Positions 1 through 11,730 of a stretch of DNA of 64,000 nucleotides are shown here, piece after piece. The notes below the pieces were generated by a model that ran no database searches, was not told where the DNA came from, and saw only the letters and a list, made by a program, of their open reading frames with translations. A program made the translations under genes and the position numbers. Within the stretch, counting starts at the first letter, position 1. Every line of letters begins with the position of its first letter. Source of the stretch: Anthoceros angustus (taxonomy: Eukaryota; Plantae; Anthocerotophyta); the NCBI GenBank assembly GCA_010909165.1, contig MU008152.1:248001-312000 (forward strand), given 5' to 3'.

Positions 1-290
1 CACCATCTGACAACATTCGGACCAATTATATGCCATCATGAAATCGTATCTTGAGAACTTGAGACAATATCACCACCTTCACTCTCCTTAGAGCAGCAAC
101 CATCAAATCAAGGTTCAATATACTCAACCAAAGACATGCAAGGTACACACAACTGCCCAACCGAAGACAAAAAGATGGATTGTGTTTCATGTAGCTCTAC
201 CACATATATACGCTGAACGTGTTCCAAAACTCGACCATTGATCCTAAACTCAATCTTATGATCCTCTATTTAAAACATAGATTATTTTCA

Positions 291-551
291 TAATCTTTTA
301 ATCCTTTCAAGAAATCAAACTATCTTTCTTTTAAGTTTAAATAAATAATATTTCTCATTTTTCTTAAACTCTCTAGTTTTCATCCCTCACGTAGTCATCC
401 ACAAGCTATTTCATAGTTGTGTCTCCACTTTGGATTACTCCATCCTTCATGTACATATAGCATAGATACGCTGCAAAAAGCGTTCATAGAATGTTCATAG
501 AATCTTTGCTCTTTTGGGGATATCTATTTTGTGAAATGATATAACGACCCA
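291..551. repeat. AT-rich ~260-bp direct repeat, copy 1 (possible 3' end/LTR remnant of decayed gypsy)
   Basis: TAATCTTTTAATCCTTTCAAGAAATC...TGATATAACGACCCA recurs nearly identically at 3082-3355. Each copy lies just downstream (minus strand) of integrase remnants. Confidence 0.8.
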
Positions 552-569
552 GAAGCGGTAGCAAGCCTG

Positions 570-1290
570 TCACGCTGATCGAGGACAATACCACAGCCCT
601 TCCGGCATCATCGTGAGAGGGTAGGCAGTAAAATAAATTGGAATCCGCTTATGTTGCAACTTCTCCTTGCAATCCGTCTGAACTGGTCATCTATCGTTAA
701 CCCCAAAATTTAACATAGGCATCACTTAAAAGCGGGATCCGGTTTGGGTAATACCACAATTGTGGAATCTAGATTTGGCAAATGGCATGAAGTGCGCCCA
801 GTGGTCAGTGTGATCTTTCAGATGCGCCCACATCCTTACCACAGAAGCACTAGATACTACCACTATCAGTATTTCCTTGATGCATGACACATAGCCCGGT
901 TAGGCCAATGACGTCTCCAATGTATCGGTTGTCATCATTTGCCGCAGATACACATAATCTCCCACATGAAATTTGCGTAGCTTGGGCGACAAGTACCACT
1001 AAGGTGTAAGCATAGCGAAGCGAATCCTATCTTGGCGTCAATTCGAGATTGGCCATGGCCATGGTCATAGCTCACGGAAATAAGCGACACGTTAAGCACG
1101 ACTCACCTTAGCCCACCTAGCGATTGGGATTGTCCAGGTCTCTACCACATGTTGCATATCCTTAGCAGCAACCAGCAGTGGCAGCTGGATCACGTCCAAA
1201 AGCAGTAAAATATTGAGATACCCGACATTGAGCTCCATTTTATGTGTGGGTGGTTGTTGGGCTGAGTGTGCTTTGACCCAGACTAGCACA
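570..1290 (-). pseudogene. Decayed Ty3/gypsy integrase C-terminus with terminal PHD finger
   Basis: Frameshifted minus-strand translation: FGRDP...DLDNP...AMANLE...LRYA...PKLRKFHVGDYVYLRQ (939-995)...CHLPNLDSTI...PLTMMPEGLWYCPR (579-605). Resembles the INT-C/PHD tails of green-algal and streptophyte gypsy elements. Confidence 0.65.
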
Positions 1291-1371
1291 TGATAGTATT
1301 CCTGCGAGAATTGTTGTATGACAAGAGTGTAGAGGTGAGAGTTTTGATAGGCTGGTTGTTTTTCACGACAA

Positions 1372-2130
1372 TCGTCCTTTGCCCACTACATCCTGACCTT
1401 GCGGGACTAGCCCCACGTTCACACACGAGACTTCCTCGAGTGGTTCTAGGGTTCGAGGCGGACAAAGCCATGACTGGCAGTCATATGCTCCTTGGTGTCC
1501 CTACCCTCAGGGGTGTTGACTCCCTCCCAATGTATAAGAGCTTTACTTCCATGCCCTGTCCAGGTGTGCCCATTCCTCACAGTGACACTAACTTCTACGC
1601 GTCATCTACGCAGTGGCTATGGAAGCATCCTTCAACCAAGTCGCTGATTGATTACAAGGATCCCAAGTGTTAACGTGTAAGTGACTAGGCTTGACCCCAA
1701 ATGACCCTCGCGGTTCGTGGATCCTAGACCCCCCCCTCCTCCGCCTTGCGTTCCTCAATTGTTCCCTCTCCCGCTTTCGCGGTTTGTTGTAAGTTCGGGA
1801 GCCGACAGGGGAGCAAAAAGAGCGTTACAAAGGGGAATTGCACAGCTGCGCACCTTCCCAACCATCATCTTCTTCCCGAAGGGCAGTTTTTAAGAGCCAT
1901 CAAGGCACCTGTCCGACCGTCCAGGAGCAATGAACGTAGGAAACTCCTTTAGCTTGCTTTCGTGGAAGCCTCCAACAGAGACATTTTTGTATCATATTAA
2001 GAATTGTTTCTGCAAGTCCCTTGCAAAATTGGCATGTATGCCACCGCAGCTCCTTGTGAGAAGGCCAGACCAGCCCTCCAAGGCTATCTGTAGCGCTGTC
2101 ATACGTAGCCCACGATTGTTTCTGTCTACA
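1372..2130 (-). pseudogene. Decayed Ty3/gypsy RT-connection/RNase H fragment, copy 1
   Basis: Alignable by eye to 4012-4682. Minus-strand remnants ANFAR, V(I)WGVK, and in the second copy AALWEEDDGWEGAAIFAS, which resembles the gypsy RNase H motif GAVL.Q.DD.G.E.V.AFAS. Confidence 0.5.
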
Positions 2131-3081
2131 TGGCCACATGGTAAAGGCTGTCTACATGCAATAGATAGGCAGCATTGCATACGTGCATGCCAATGCAGTG
2201 TCATGAGTCCTCATTTCGCTTTACATTTGTAAGTTTATCCTAAACCATGCTGATGGGTTTTGAAGTCAAGGATCCTCAAGTGGACCGTGCGGGGAAGAGG
2301 TTGGGGTTGCAATCCCGAGGGCCGTGTAGGAGTTTAAACTTAGGGTCGCGGTCATGGCCGAGTTTGCACGGATCCCTTTTCCTTCCTTAGTGGGTAACTG
2401 TGCAGGCAAGATATAGACCAGCATTACGGACTCTCTGTGTATAACAACATTAATTACGGAGGATGGGTTTTTTCGGTCCTCAAGCCGTGTCGAAAATTAG
2501 GGTCGACTGTGATCGGGGTATGGCGGATTTAAGCAATGTCGGCCCGCATGGTCCGTTTTCCTTCCTTAGTAGATAGTGTGCAAAAGGAAAAGAGGTTAGA
2601 CCAACATTATGACTCCTGTAGCAATATTAATTGTTCGACTTTAATTACTTGGACAGAGGAAACAAAACAACCCAAATGACCGTCCTTCCTTGCGCGCTTG
2701 CATGTCCAAATGGAGAAATGGAGGAATGCGCTTCCTTGATGCCACCCACACATGGATGCAAGGCCATGAATGGCACCGTGACTGCATGCCCACTCCCCTG
2801 AGGCCAAAATCTCGCCACAAGGGTCTCCTAAAACTATAATTCGTCTGCCTCAATCCGCCAGATCTAGCTCATCCTCGCATCCCAGGTGCCTTCGCTCGAA
2901 CCTCGAAGGGCCATCCTTCGAGTTGTTGGTCCCTGCAATTGACAACATGGAAAAATATGAGTGTCAAGCATAACTATGCAACGAGCCGAGTGCTACTCAT
3001 CCATTTTCCGACAAGTGCTGCTACTCAAGGCAAGAATATCTTACCACTTGGCCCCATTCATCTTCCCCACGCCTGCTTTCC

Positions 3082-3355
3082 TAATCTTTTAATCCTTTCA
3101 AGAAATCAAACTATCTTTCTTTTAAGTTTAATTAAATAAATAATATTTCTCATTTTTCTTAAACTCTCTAGTTTTCATCCCTCACGTAGTCATCCACAAG
3201 CTATTTCATAGTTGTGTCTCCACTTTGGATTACTCCATCCTTCATGTACATATAGCATAGATACGCGGTACGTAAAAAACGTTCATAGAATGTTCATAGA
3301 ATCTTACGACGTTCTTTTTGGGGATATCTATTTTGTGAAATGATATAACGACCCA
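3082..3355. repeat. AT-rich ~270-bp direct repeat, copy 2
   Basis: Near-identical to 291-551 with small indels. Confidence 0.8.
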
Positions 3356-3639
3356 TAAAATACGTAAATAAACTAGTCAAATTTAATAATCAATAATTGG
3401 GCATAACGAGGAAACCCTACTCCTACTCAAAATTCCAACCCATAATGACACCAAGGTCGAAGACATCATCTGTAGTGAGCCAAAGCGTGGGTAGTAGTCT
3501 CGCTTAGTTGATCCATGAATCTACTTGAATTTGCTCTAAATCACTTGGCCTCAAGCTCCTGCACTGCCTTGTCATCAAGGCCAAACGCTCATTGCAAAGA
3601 CATCCAACCTCAAGGAAGTTGAAGAGAGCAAAATCGCCT

Positions 3640-3900
3640 CACATACTCGAGATTCTCGACGTCACACAGTGCAATGGCCTGGTGGACCATAGCCCAAAGT
3701 TTCGGCCCATGACACTGCCCGCATATTGCTTGATATTTAGTCCCGCCCAAGGCCTTGGGTCTTGTAGCGGCGCACTCCCATTCCGCAAGTTCGCAATATC
3801 TTGTAGAAGAGACCCTTGAAGGACATGATGATGAGGAGGCGGAGCAACAACTTGGTTCTTTCACATACTCCTACTTACGATCGCACACTTCACTGTACTC
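3640..3900 (-). pseudogene. Decayed gypsy integrase N-terminal/core fragment
   Basis: Minus-strand remnants VCDR and (F)KGLFYK, resembling C..CDR...PI.GLFYRW of gypsy integrases. Confidence 0.4.
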
Positions 3901-4011
3901 CGGCGCCTGTCCATGGGTCGTGAAACCTCCGCCCCTCAAGCGCCCATTACACTGACGCTTCCCCAGCCCCGACCACCGCATGCGGCCAATCCATTAAGAC
4001 GCCTGCCTGAT

Positions 4012-5012
4012 CGTCCTTTGCCCACTACATCCGGACCTTGCCCGGACTCACCCCCACGTTCCCTGCAGACTTCCTCCAGAGTCGTTCTAGGTTCCAGAAC
4101 AGGACAAAGCCATGACTCGTGGTACTGTATGCTCCTTGGTGTCCCGACCCTCAGGTGTGTTGACTCCCTCCCAATGTTAAGGCTTACTTCCATGCCCTGT
4201 CCGTGTGCCCATTCCTCCTGGTGACACTAACTTCACGTCATCTCGCAAGCTATGGAAGCATCCTTCAACCAAGTCGCCGATTGATTACAAGGATCCCAAG
4301 TGTTCGTAAGTGACTAGGCTTGACTCCCAAATGACCTCGCAGTCAGGATCCTAACCCTCCCCGCCTCATGCGTTCCTAATTGTTCCCCTCTCCGCTTGCT
4401 AGCCGGTAAGTTCGTACGACGGGGAGCAAAAAGCTTGCAAAAATTGCAGCACCTTCCCAACCATCATCTTCTTCCCAAAGGGCAGCCGAAGAGCCATCAA
4501 GTACCCGTCCGAGCAATGAGACGTGGACTCCTTGCTTCTTTCGCGGAAGCTCTCCAATAGAGACATTTTTTATCATATTAGGAATTGTTTTGCAAGTCCC
4601 TTGCAAAATTGGCAATGTATGCCACCACCGTCTTGTGAGAGAGCTGGTGACCAGCTCCTCCAAGGCTGTCTACATGGCCACGACTGTACTTCAGCATGGA
4701 ACACGATAAATTTGCAAGGGGGTGAATATACAAACCCTCTTCGATTGGGGTCGGACCCTCTTGCACGCATGCAGCCCCGTCCGGAAACCGCCTTCTGACG
4801 TTATATTGAAAACAGCGGGGAAATTCAGAAGTTCATACAGTGGCACACGAGATGCCTACAACATAGTTTTCAGTTCATTGTTCTGTTTGGGCACCGGCAG
4901 GCCGGCCCCCTGTCAGGTCCATCTCAACATCCAAGCCATGGACTTCAATGTCCCAAACCACTGGCTGGCTGATTGTACAACAAAGCCCTCCCAGCAGAGT
5001 GCTCCCAAACAG
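4012..5012 (-). pseudogene. Decayed Ty3/gypsy RT (central and C-terminal part) and RNase H, copy 2
   Basis: Minus-strand remnants MDLTGG (motif A-like), KTML*...LYE...LNFPAVF (KTAFW/NAPAxFQ-like), FHAEVQ.GHV (EVxxLGH-like), then RNase H motif. The RT N-terminus continues on the far side of the copia at 11518-11730. Confidence 0.55.
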
Positions 5013-5230
5013 TGTTGAGAGTGAAGACCCTAGTATAGGGTTTAGCATAACTCGCTTACGTATATGCACGCGTTAGGGTTAGTTATGTTAGGGCTGTTAT
5101 AGCGAAGGGTCGTGTGTGCTTAGGGGCAACATGTGAAGACCGTATAAAACACAGTTTTGTATTCACTTTTGATATGATGAGAAACATTTGTCGATAGCAA
5201 GTGTGTGTTGCTCTCTCCACATTTTACATA
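5013..5230 (+). repeat. Copia 5' LTR (TGTTG...ACATA)
   Basis: Matches 11300-11517 with 6 substitutions counted by eye, all transitions. Confidence 0.95.
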
Positions 5231-5242
5231 TGGTATCAGAGC
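5231..5242 (+). promoter_or_regulatory. Primer-binding site, tRNA-iMet
   Basis: TGGTATCAGAGC immediately after the 5' LTR, the canonical plant initiator-Met PBS. Confidence 0.95.
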
Positions 5243-5270
5243 TTGTTATGCTCCTCCTATCTCTCAGGCC

Positions 5271-5825
5271 ATGATGCTCGAGGAGGCTCAGCAGAGACTA
5301 AAGGGACAACAGGAGAATGGAGGAAATTTCCAAAATGATCGCTGCGCCTTAGACAACGTCCTACACCTGTATGAAGCCAACTATCCAGACATCTGGCTTA
5401 GACATTTTGTAGATACACATTCAGGTAGTTCAGCTGGTAGAGCTAGAGCAGCAAGCAGGCGGGAACGTAATTCTAGAATACATTCCTTATACCGTACACG
5501 CTGCCTTAGTAGAAACCAGAATCCTGATTTGTTCTACAAGCCACCTTCTAGGCAGATTCCTCCCGAGTTATTTCTTCCAGGATCTTCTGGCTCAGTTGCT
5601 CCCCTAGGTCTCGTAGCAGACAATCCCTTGTTTGCACCTGTCAAAATTCAAGATCAGGGGCACTCTTCAAGCCAGAATTTTGAAAAGAGAATCGAGAGTA
5701 CTCTGCAGAAGGTGCTGTCAAATCAACTTATCTTAAGGGATGGAGTAGCCCGCGCCCAATTCACTTTGGGTCAAGCAACCTGCAAAATCAACAAGGCAAT
5801 TGCAAGGATTTTAGAATCGCTCTAG
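5271..5825 (+). CDS. Extra 184-aa ORF of unknown function in the copia 5' leader
   Basis: Open frame from ATG 5271 to stop 5825 between PBS and gag. Predicted helical C-terminus. No recognisable family. Confidence 0.4.
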   Translation: MMLEEAQQRLKGQQENGGNFQNDRCALDNVLHLYEANYPDIWLRHFVDTHSGSSAGRARAASRRERNSRIHSLYRTRCLSRNQNPDLFYKPPSRQIPPELFLPGSSGSVAPLGLVADNPLFAPVKIQDQGHSSSQNFEKRIESTLQKVLSNQLILRDGVARAQFTLGQATCKINKAIARILESL

Positions 5826-6518
5826 GAGATGGATCTTGGCCAGGGCTTCTCATCAGAATCTTCTCCTTCCAGAAGAGATTCCATCCTGTGACCAGACTTC
5901 CGCTGGTGGAGAGGGTGAGAGGCACGAACCGGCAGCAGGAGCAGTGGTGACCTTTGGTGCAGACCTGGACAGGCATGAAGCCACTGCTGTCTCTTGCTGA
6001 ACTTGTGTCTTCTTGTTATTGATTGGTCCAACTAACCCGCTAACCTGTCGTTTCACATGAAAGGGACGCGTTAGTTAGGAAACCCTAAAATAAAAAAAAC
6101 AATTGAAACGTTGCATGAGTTTTTGCTAACCTACTGGTCTGTGTTAGGAAGGTCGATGAGGGAGGAAGCCTGTTAGAGGTCAGACAACTTTGTCTGCCCC
6201 CACCAAGCTGTCTCCCCTATCGAACCCCTTGAACACAAGTCGTCAGTCCTAAGCATTCTCATGAACATATAAATAATTGAACGCAGCAACTGGCATCCTA
6301 ACTTAGTTGTTTGTATACTCTGCCCATAGTAAAGAGATAATCTCAGCAAAGTTCGTATGTCCAGGTTTGCTTTTGATGATAGCGATCATAGTAGCGGTCA
6401 CGCATCTCAGTTTTCTGAAGAGGAGGGCGAAGGTGAGGTTGATATAGCATCTTGGCTTGCTTCACAGTTCTGGTAGAGTCCTCCTGTCACACGACCCTCA
6501 CCCCAAACCGTCAGCATA

Positions 6519-7300
6519 ATGGCAACCCCATCCTTCACGTCTGATCTCAAAGAAAAAGATAGGTTTAATGGCACGAAGTACCCAGTCTGGAGAGTGTGCA
6601 TGAAAGCCATCTTGATTGCACGTGGTTGCTGGAGTGTTGTGGATGGTTCCTTTTCAGAACCAGATCCCACAATGGGTCTGGTCGACAAAGAAAGCAGGGC
6701 TCACCGCAACGGTTGCTATGCGATTCTCATCAATGGGCTTGATGCCTGCCCCGATGTTGAGTACCCACACGCATCCAAACTGAATCAGCTCGAGAAGACG
6801 TATCAAGTCATTAACATTATGACTAAATCGTTGTCGGGCAGAGTACTACTCACGAAAGAAGGGGATAAGGTGGGCGTCTTTACACAAATTCCGTCACCTC
6901 CGATCACGCCTTGCCTCCTTCAACATCAAGATTGAGGAGGAGCATGCCGTGGTTGTCGAGCATCTTGCCGCCTACTCTTCAACAATTGTCATCGGCTCTA
7001 TAATGGACCACGAACGCCTCCCAAGTACAGCCGGAATCGCAAGCTACGACAATTGATGACATTGCCCTCGCATCGAGGAACAGAGCGGCAGTTTCTCTAT
7101 TAGTGGATCCAAGCCAAAGGCCGAAAAGTCTTGGCGGCTCGGCCCAAATGAAAGGCAAGTAGACTTACTCTCAAAACAGTGGTCCGGGTCTTCTCCACAA
7201 GAAGTCGAAATTGCAACCGTGCGGAATCCTTGGACACCGGGCTCGACGTCAGAAGAAGAAGGCAAAGAACCCCAAGAAGGCTTCCACCAGTTGTCATATG
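6519..7300 (+). pseudogene. gag: Copia gag (UBN2-type), frameshifted
   Basis: RFNGTKYPVWRVCMKAILIARGCWSVVDG matches the copia gag N-terminal motif F.G.NY..W...M...L...G.W..V.G. Confidence 0.8.
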
Positions 7301-7744
7301 GACAAGGGCTCGAATGAAAATTGACGCCCGCAGAGCAAAGGAATAGTTAGAATATACACAATTTGCCTCTCTATTTCAAAGCATGATAGGGATAGTTGGT
7401 ACTTGGATTCGTAACCGCCCACACCGCAAGGATGTAGATTTGTTCTCGTACTCGATACCTCTCACAGGTGTTGAGAGACGAAAATGAGACAGCCGCATTG
7501 AAGGGTGGTAAATGCACCTTCATCTTACATGACGAATCGACTGGTTTTGGAAGATGTTGTATGTGCCAAGGATGGCCAAGAATCTTGTGTCCTTGAGTCG
7601 CTTTTAGCATGTATAGTATGTTGCACGTAGTTCTTGTTCTTTCTATACCACTGCTGTTCCACACAGACTAGTGTTTAGAGGCATTCCAGACAGTGACCTG
7701 TACCGCCTGGATATCCATTGTAAGCCTGCACCTGTTACATTGTC

Positions 7745-10610
7745 ATGACAACAACACCTGGTCAGATGGACTCCAAATTTTTAGCTTCTCTTTGGCACGC
7801 CAGGCTTGGTCACGCCAACAGGGCTAAGATAATCGATATGTCAGCTACGGACTGCTATAGAGAGCCCTTACCACAGTGCTTCAAGGACTTGCCTATTTGT
7901 GAGGCTTGTATCCTGGCAAACCAGAAGGAGCAGCCATTTCCCACTACCCCCGCATAGAGCCACCACGTCCTTGAGTTAATACATGCGGATATCTCAAAAA
8001 TCCATGAGCCATCACTAGGAGGTTCTCGATATTACCTTTCCTCACATGACTTCGCTGCTATTCCCGGACCTTCCCATGCGCTCAAGAGTGACATCCATCA
8101 AGGAATGGCTCCCCGTGGTGCGCAGATGTGGTTAAATGGCTGCACGACAATGGCAATCGAATTTGTGAATGCCTGCTTTGATTCTTATCTAGGAGCATGG
8201 ACGTACGCTTATACTCCGCAACACAACGGAGTTGCCGAGCGGAAAAATCGACCTTGCTCGATGACTCAAAGATGATCCTCTGGGCTGGACTTCCTCAAGG
8301 ATTGGGCGAGGCATTGTCGCGCCGCTACTTACATTCGAATCGGCACAAGTCCAAGGGTCGACCCCAATGAGGTTCTGCAGCGTAAGCCTAGCATTCTCCA
8401 CCTCCGAGTCTTCGGCTCTCGAGCTTTTTCTTATATCCCTGCCGAAAAGAGGAGGAAATTGGATATAGTGAGAATGTGAAAGCATACAAATGTGACACCG
8501 CATTCCATAATTCTCGCACGGAGTGTTACCTTTTTGGAGCCTCATGCCTCGCTTCGTGAGCTGCTCCCGAGGGAGTCATTGCGAGAGGGAGCTGATGATG
8601 ATGCAGACCCAGATGAGGTTGATTCTGCGCATGCACATGTCGACTACCCTCAGGATGATGCTGATGCTGCCCCTACCGATGATCCTCCACCTGTTCCTGC
8701 TAATCAAGAACAACTTGTTGGATTAGGACAGGCTGATGATCATCAGGCAGCATCCCTTGAGCATGCACCCCTGGATGATTTTGACATGCACCAAGATGAG
8801 CATTTCGATGATCTCTTTAATGAAAATGAAGGGCATGGTTTTGAGGACATACCTGAACATGCCGAACCCGCACCTAGAGATGATGAGGAGGCACTGGTCC
8901 ACGAACAAGAGCTTAGACGCCACACGCCAGGCGCTAGGTCGAGTGGAAGGAGCCCCATATCGATGAGGGCACACATCCTCGCGGTTCCCTTACCTGATGA
9001 ACCTAAAACTCTGTCGCAAGCCTTCAATGGTCCAGAATCTGCACAATGGCGTGTAGCAGTCGAGGACGAATATCAGTCCTTGATTAAAAATAAGACTTGG
9101 ACACTTGTAGACCTCCCACCTGGAAGGAAGCCCATCTCATGTAAGTGGGTCTTCAAGTTAAAGTTGAACGCTAAAGGTGAAGTAGCTAGGTTCAAGGCAC
9201 GACTTGTGGCAAGAGGATTCACGCAAGTTGAGGGGTTGGATTACCAGGAGACCTTCTCACCTGTGGTTCGAGCGCAGTCCATTCGTATGATCCTGGCACT
9301 TGCTACACAATTTGACCTGGACCTGGAGCAAATGGACGTGTGCACAACCTTCCTCTATGGGGCCTTGGACGAAGACCTGTACATGGAGTAGCCAGAGGCA
9401 TATGTTGATCAGAAGCATCCGCACAAGGTGTTTAAGCCGCTCAAGTGCATATATGGCCTCAAGCAGAGTGGAAGAGTCTGGTACATCACTATACATGTGT
9501 TTCTCCTAAGGATCAACTTCGTCCAAAGTACTGCAGACACAAACGTGTATAGACTTACCAGGGGAGAGGAGTATGTGATCTTGGCCCTTTACGTGGACGA
9601 TGTCATCCTGGCTACCAACAGCCAGCCCTTGCTCTCAGAAGTTAAGTCTATGTTGAGTAGCAAATTTGAAATGAAAGACATAGGTGCACTTAGGTTCTGC
9701 TTTGGAATTCAGATTATCCGCAACAGAGTATATCAATGAGATCCTACGAAAGTTCAAACTAGAAGACTGCCGACCAGCTACTACACCAGCAGCAGTTGGA
9801 GTCAAGCTTACTAGCCTCATGTGTCCGCAGAGTGCTCAAGACAAAAAGGATATGGAAATTATACCCTACAGGCATGCTGTGGGAAGCCTTATCTTTGTCG
9901 CCAACTGGACAAGACCTGACGTGCAATATGAAGTTAGCACAGTGTCTCAGTTCCTGGAGAATCCGGGCAGGGCACACTGGGTAGCCGTAAAAAGAATCTT
10001 CAGGTATCTTAAAGGTACCATGCACCTTGGGATAATCTACAGGAGCAATGGGCAGGATAAACTTATCTTGTCGGGGTCAGATGCCGATTGGGCTTCAGAT
10101 TCGGACTCCCGCAAGAGCCTGTCCACATATTGTTTTCTATTAGCGTCAGCAGCGGTCAACTGGAGCAGCAAAAAGCAGATGTCCATATCACTCTCCTCGA
10201 CTGAGGCGGAGTACAAGTCTCTTACAGAAGCCACAAAGGAGGTTGAGTGGGAGAGGAGGTTCTTACATGATCTCGGGCAGGAGCAAGTTGAGCCGACCCC
10301 GATTTCCTGTGACAACATGTCTGCCTTGGCCTTGGTCGCTAACCCTCGTTTCCACGCAAGAACAAAGCACATAGAGATTCAGCACCACTATATCCGTGAT
10401 GCTGTGGACAGAGGGGTTACCAAGGTAGGTTTTGTTGGGACAGAGGACAACACTGCTGACATCCTGACGAAGGCCCTGCCAAAGCACAAGCACTATCAGC
10501 ATATGGAGGGCTTAGGTATTGGTGATCCACATTACGTAACAATGATGGATGGACTTATCGGTGGTTTGGGAGACAAAGGTGCCCTCCTACAGGTGGTCCA
10601 CTGCCACTAG
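7745..10610 (+). pseudogene. pol: Copia pol: GAG-pre-integrase, integrase, RT, RNase H
   Basis: LWHARLGHAN; LELIHADI; TPQHNGVAERKNR; EPKT...WTLVDLPPGRKPISCKWVFKLK...KARLVARGFTQ; LYVDDVIL; DADWA...WSSKKQ...SSTEAEY...RTKHIEIQHHYIRD. Premature TAG at 9389-9391 (expected CAG, MEQPE) plus frameshifts. Confidence 0.95.
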
Positions 10611-11290
10611 TGGTAGAGCCTTTCCAGATCAAAGACTGCCCATACTCCTGTGCATCCAGAGTCCGTCTGTGCCACACGGTGCCAGTTATGAACAGCTAAT
10701 TACAAAGTCGACAGTGGATGAAGCTCCTTGCATACCTAATCACCTGGATGCCGACAATCAGGCCGAGCCGCAAAGAAACTCGACCCTTCCCCGTAGCTTT
10801 AGTCGGGCTTTAGCGTTGTCCTTCAGCGGTGGCGGTCGTCCTACTCTCCGCGCAGGACCTCTGGGTCGGTGTTGTCAGCCGTGGGAAGATTACTTTGCCA
10901 GTCCACAGTCAGGTTGATGGACATCTTCCAGCTGCAAACCCTTATGCACTGCCCAACCGAAATCCTTTCATCCCATCCGTCCTCCTTAGTATCTGTCTGG
11001 TGGCAAAGGGAGCTTTGCCCAAGTTGGGCCTTGGCCGATCTCCCCTTGGCAGCAAGCTTGCTCACGCCGTCGCCACATCGTTTCCCGCCTCGCCTTCATG
11101 TTGAAGGCAAGTAATCGATCGCATGAACAGAGCAAGCTGGATGATAGTTATGAGGGTGGTGGTCTGGAACGCCATTTTTATGTTCCCTCAGGCACTTGAA
11201 TGTGGCGGGTAGCTGCGTAAGAGCGAGCGTAAGAGGATCCCATGGTCAGCAGAGGACAGCAAAGGACTTAGCGTGCAGCTCGTTGCGCTC

Positions 11291-11299
11291 GAGAGGGAG
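11291..11299 (+). promoter_or_regulatory. Copia polypurine tract
   Basis: GAGAGGGAG directly abutting the TG of the 3' LTR. Confidence 0.85.
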
Positions 11300-11517
11300 T
11301 GTTGAGAGTGAAGACCTTGGTACAGGGTTTAGCATAACTCGCTTACGTATATGCACGCGTTAGGGCTAGTTATGTTAGGGCTGTTATAGCGAAGGGTCGT
11401 GTGTGCTTAGGGGCAACATGTGAAGACCATATAAAGCACAGTTTTGTATTCACTTTTGATATGATGAGAAACATTTGTCGATAGCAAGTGTGTGTTGCTC
11501 TCTCCACATTTTACATA
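11300..11517 (+). repeat. Copia 3' LTR
   Basis: Direct repeat of 5013-5230, followed by TSD AACAG. Confidence 0.95.
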
Positions 11518-11730
11518 AACAGCATTCAAAGTCTATTGTCCCACGTCTAAAAGCTCTCCAGTTGTTCTCATCATTCGTTTCGCAGTGAGGGGAACCACCT
11601 GAGCCTTTAAACCATCCTTCTCACTGATGCATACTTCCTTCGCCCAACACTGGGAGAGGCCTCTCCGATGGGGCTCAAAAGTGAGCTCTTCTTGGGCCCC
11701 GTAGGACCTCGTGCCCATGGATGCGTGGAA
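11518..11730 (-). pseudogene. N-terminal fragment of the gypsy RT interrupted by the copia
   Basis: Minus-strand remnants HPWAR/RSYGAQEE, KYAS, QVVP, DENNWRAFR.G(D)(Y)R.LNAV, similar to KD..GNW...RMCGDYR.LN of gypsy RT. Confidence 0.55.

Larger units (their letters stand above)
5013..11517 (+). mobile_element. Ty1/copia LTR retrotransposon, near full-length, frameshifted
   Basis: 218-bp LTRs (5013-5230, 11300-11517), PBS TGGTATCAGAGC, PPT GAGAGGGAG, domain order gag-INT-RT-RNaseH, and perfect 5-bp TSD AACAG (5008-5012 and 11518-11522). Confidence 0.97.

Noticed and set aside
1560-1640. Apparent PHD/RING-like CFHSHC on the minus strand
   Set aside because: Another frame fits the gypsy RNase H context (WGVK, WL, GV.N), so this is probably an out-of-frame coincidence.
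10549-11114. Env-like gene (Sirevirus-type)
   Set aside because: ORFs are short and overlapping, with no clear transmembrane or coiled-coil pattern.
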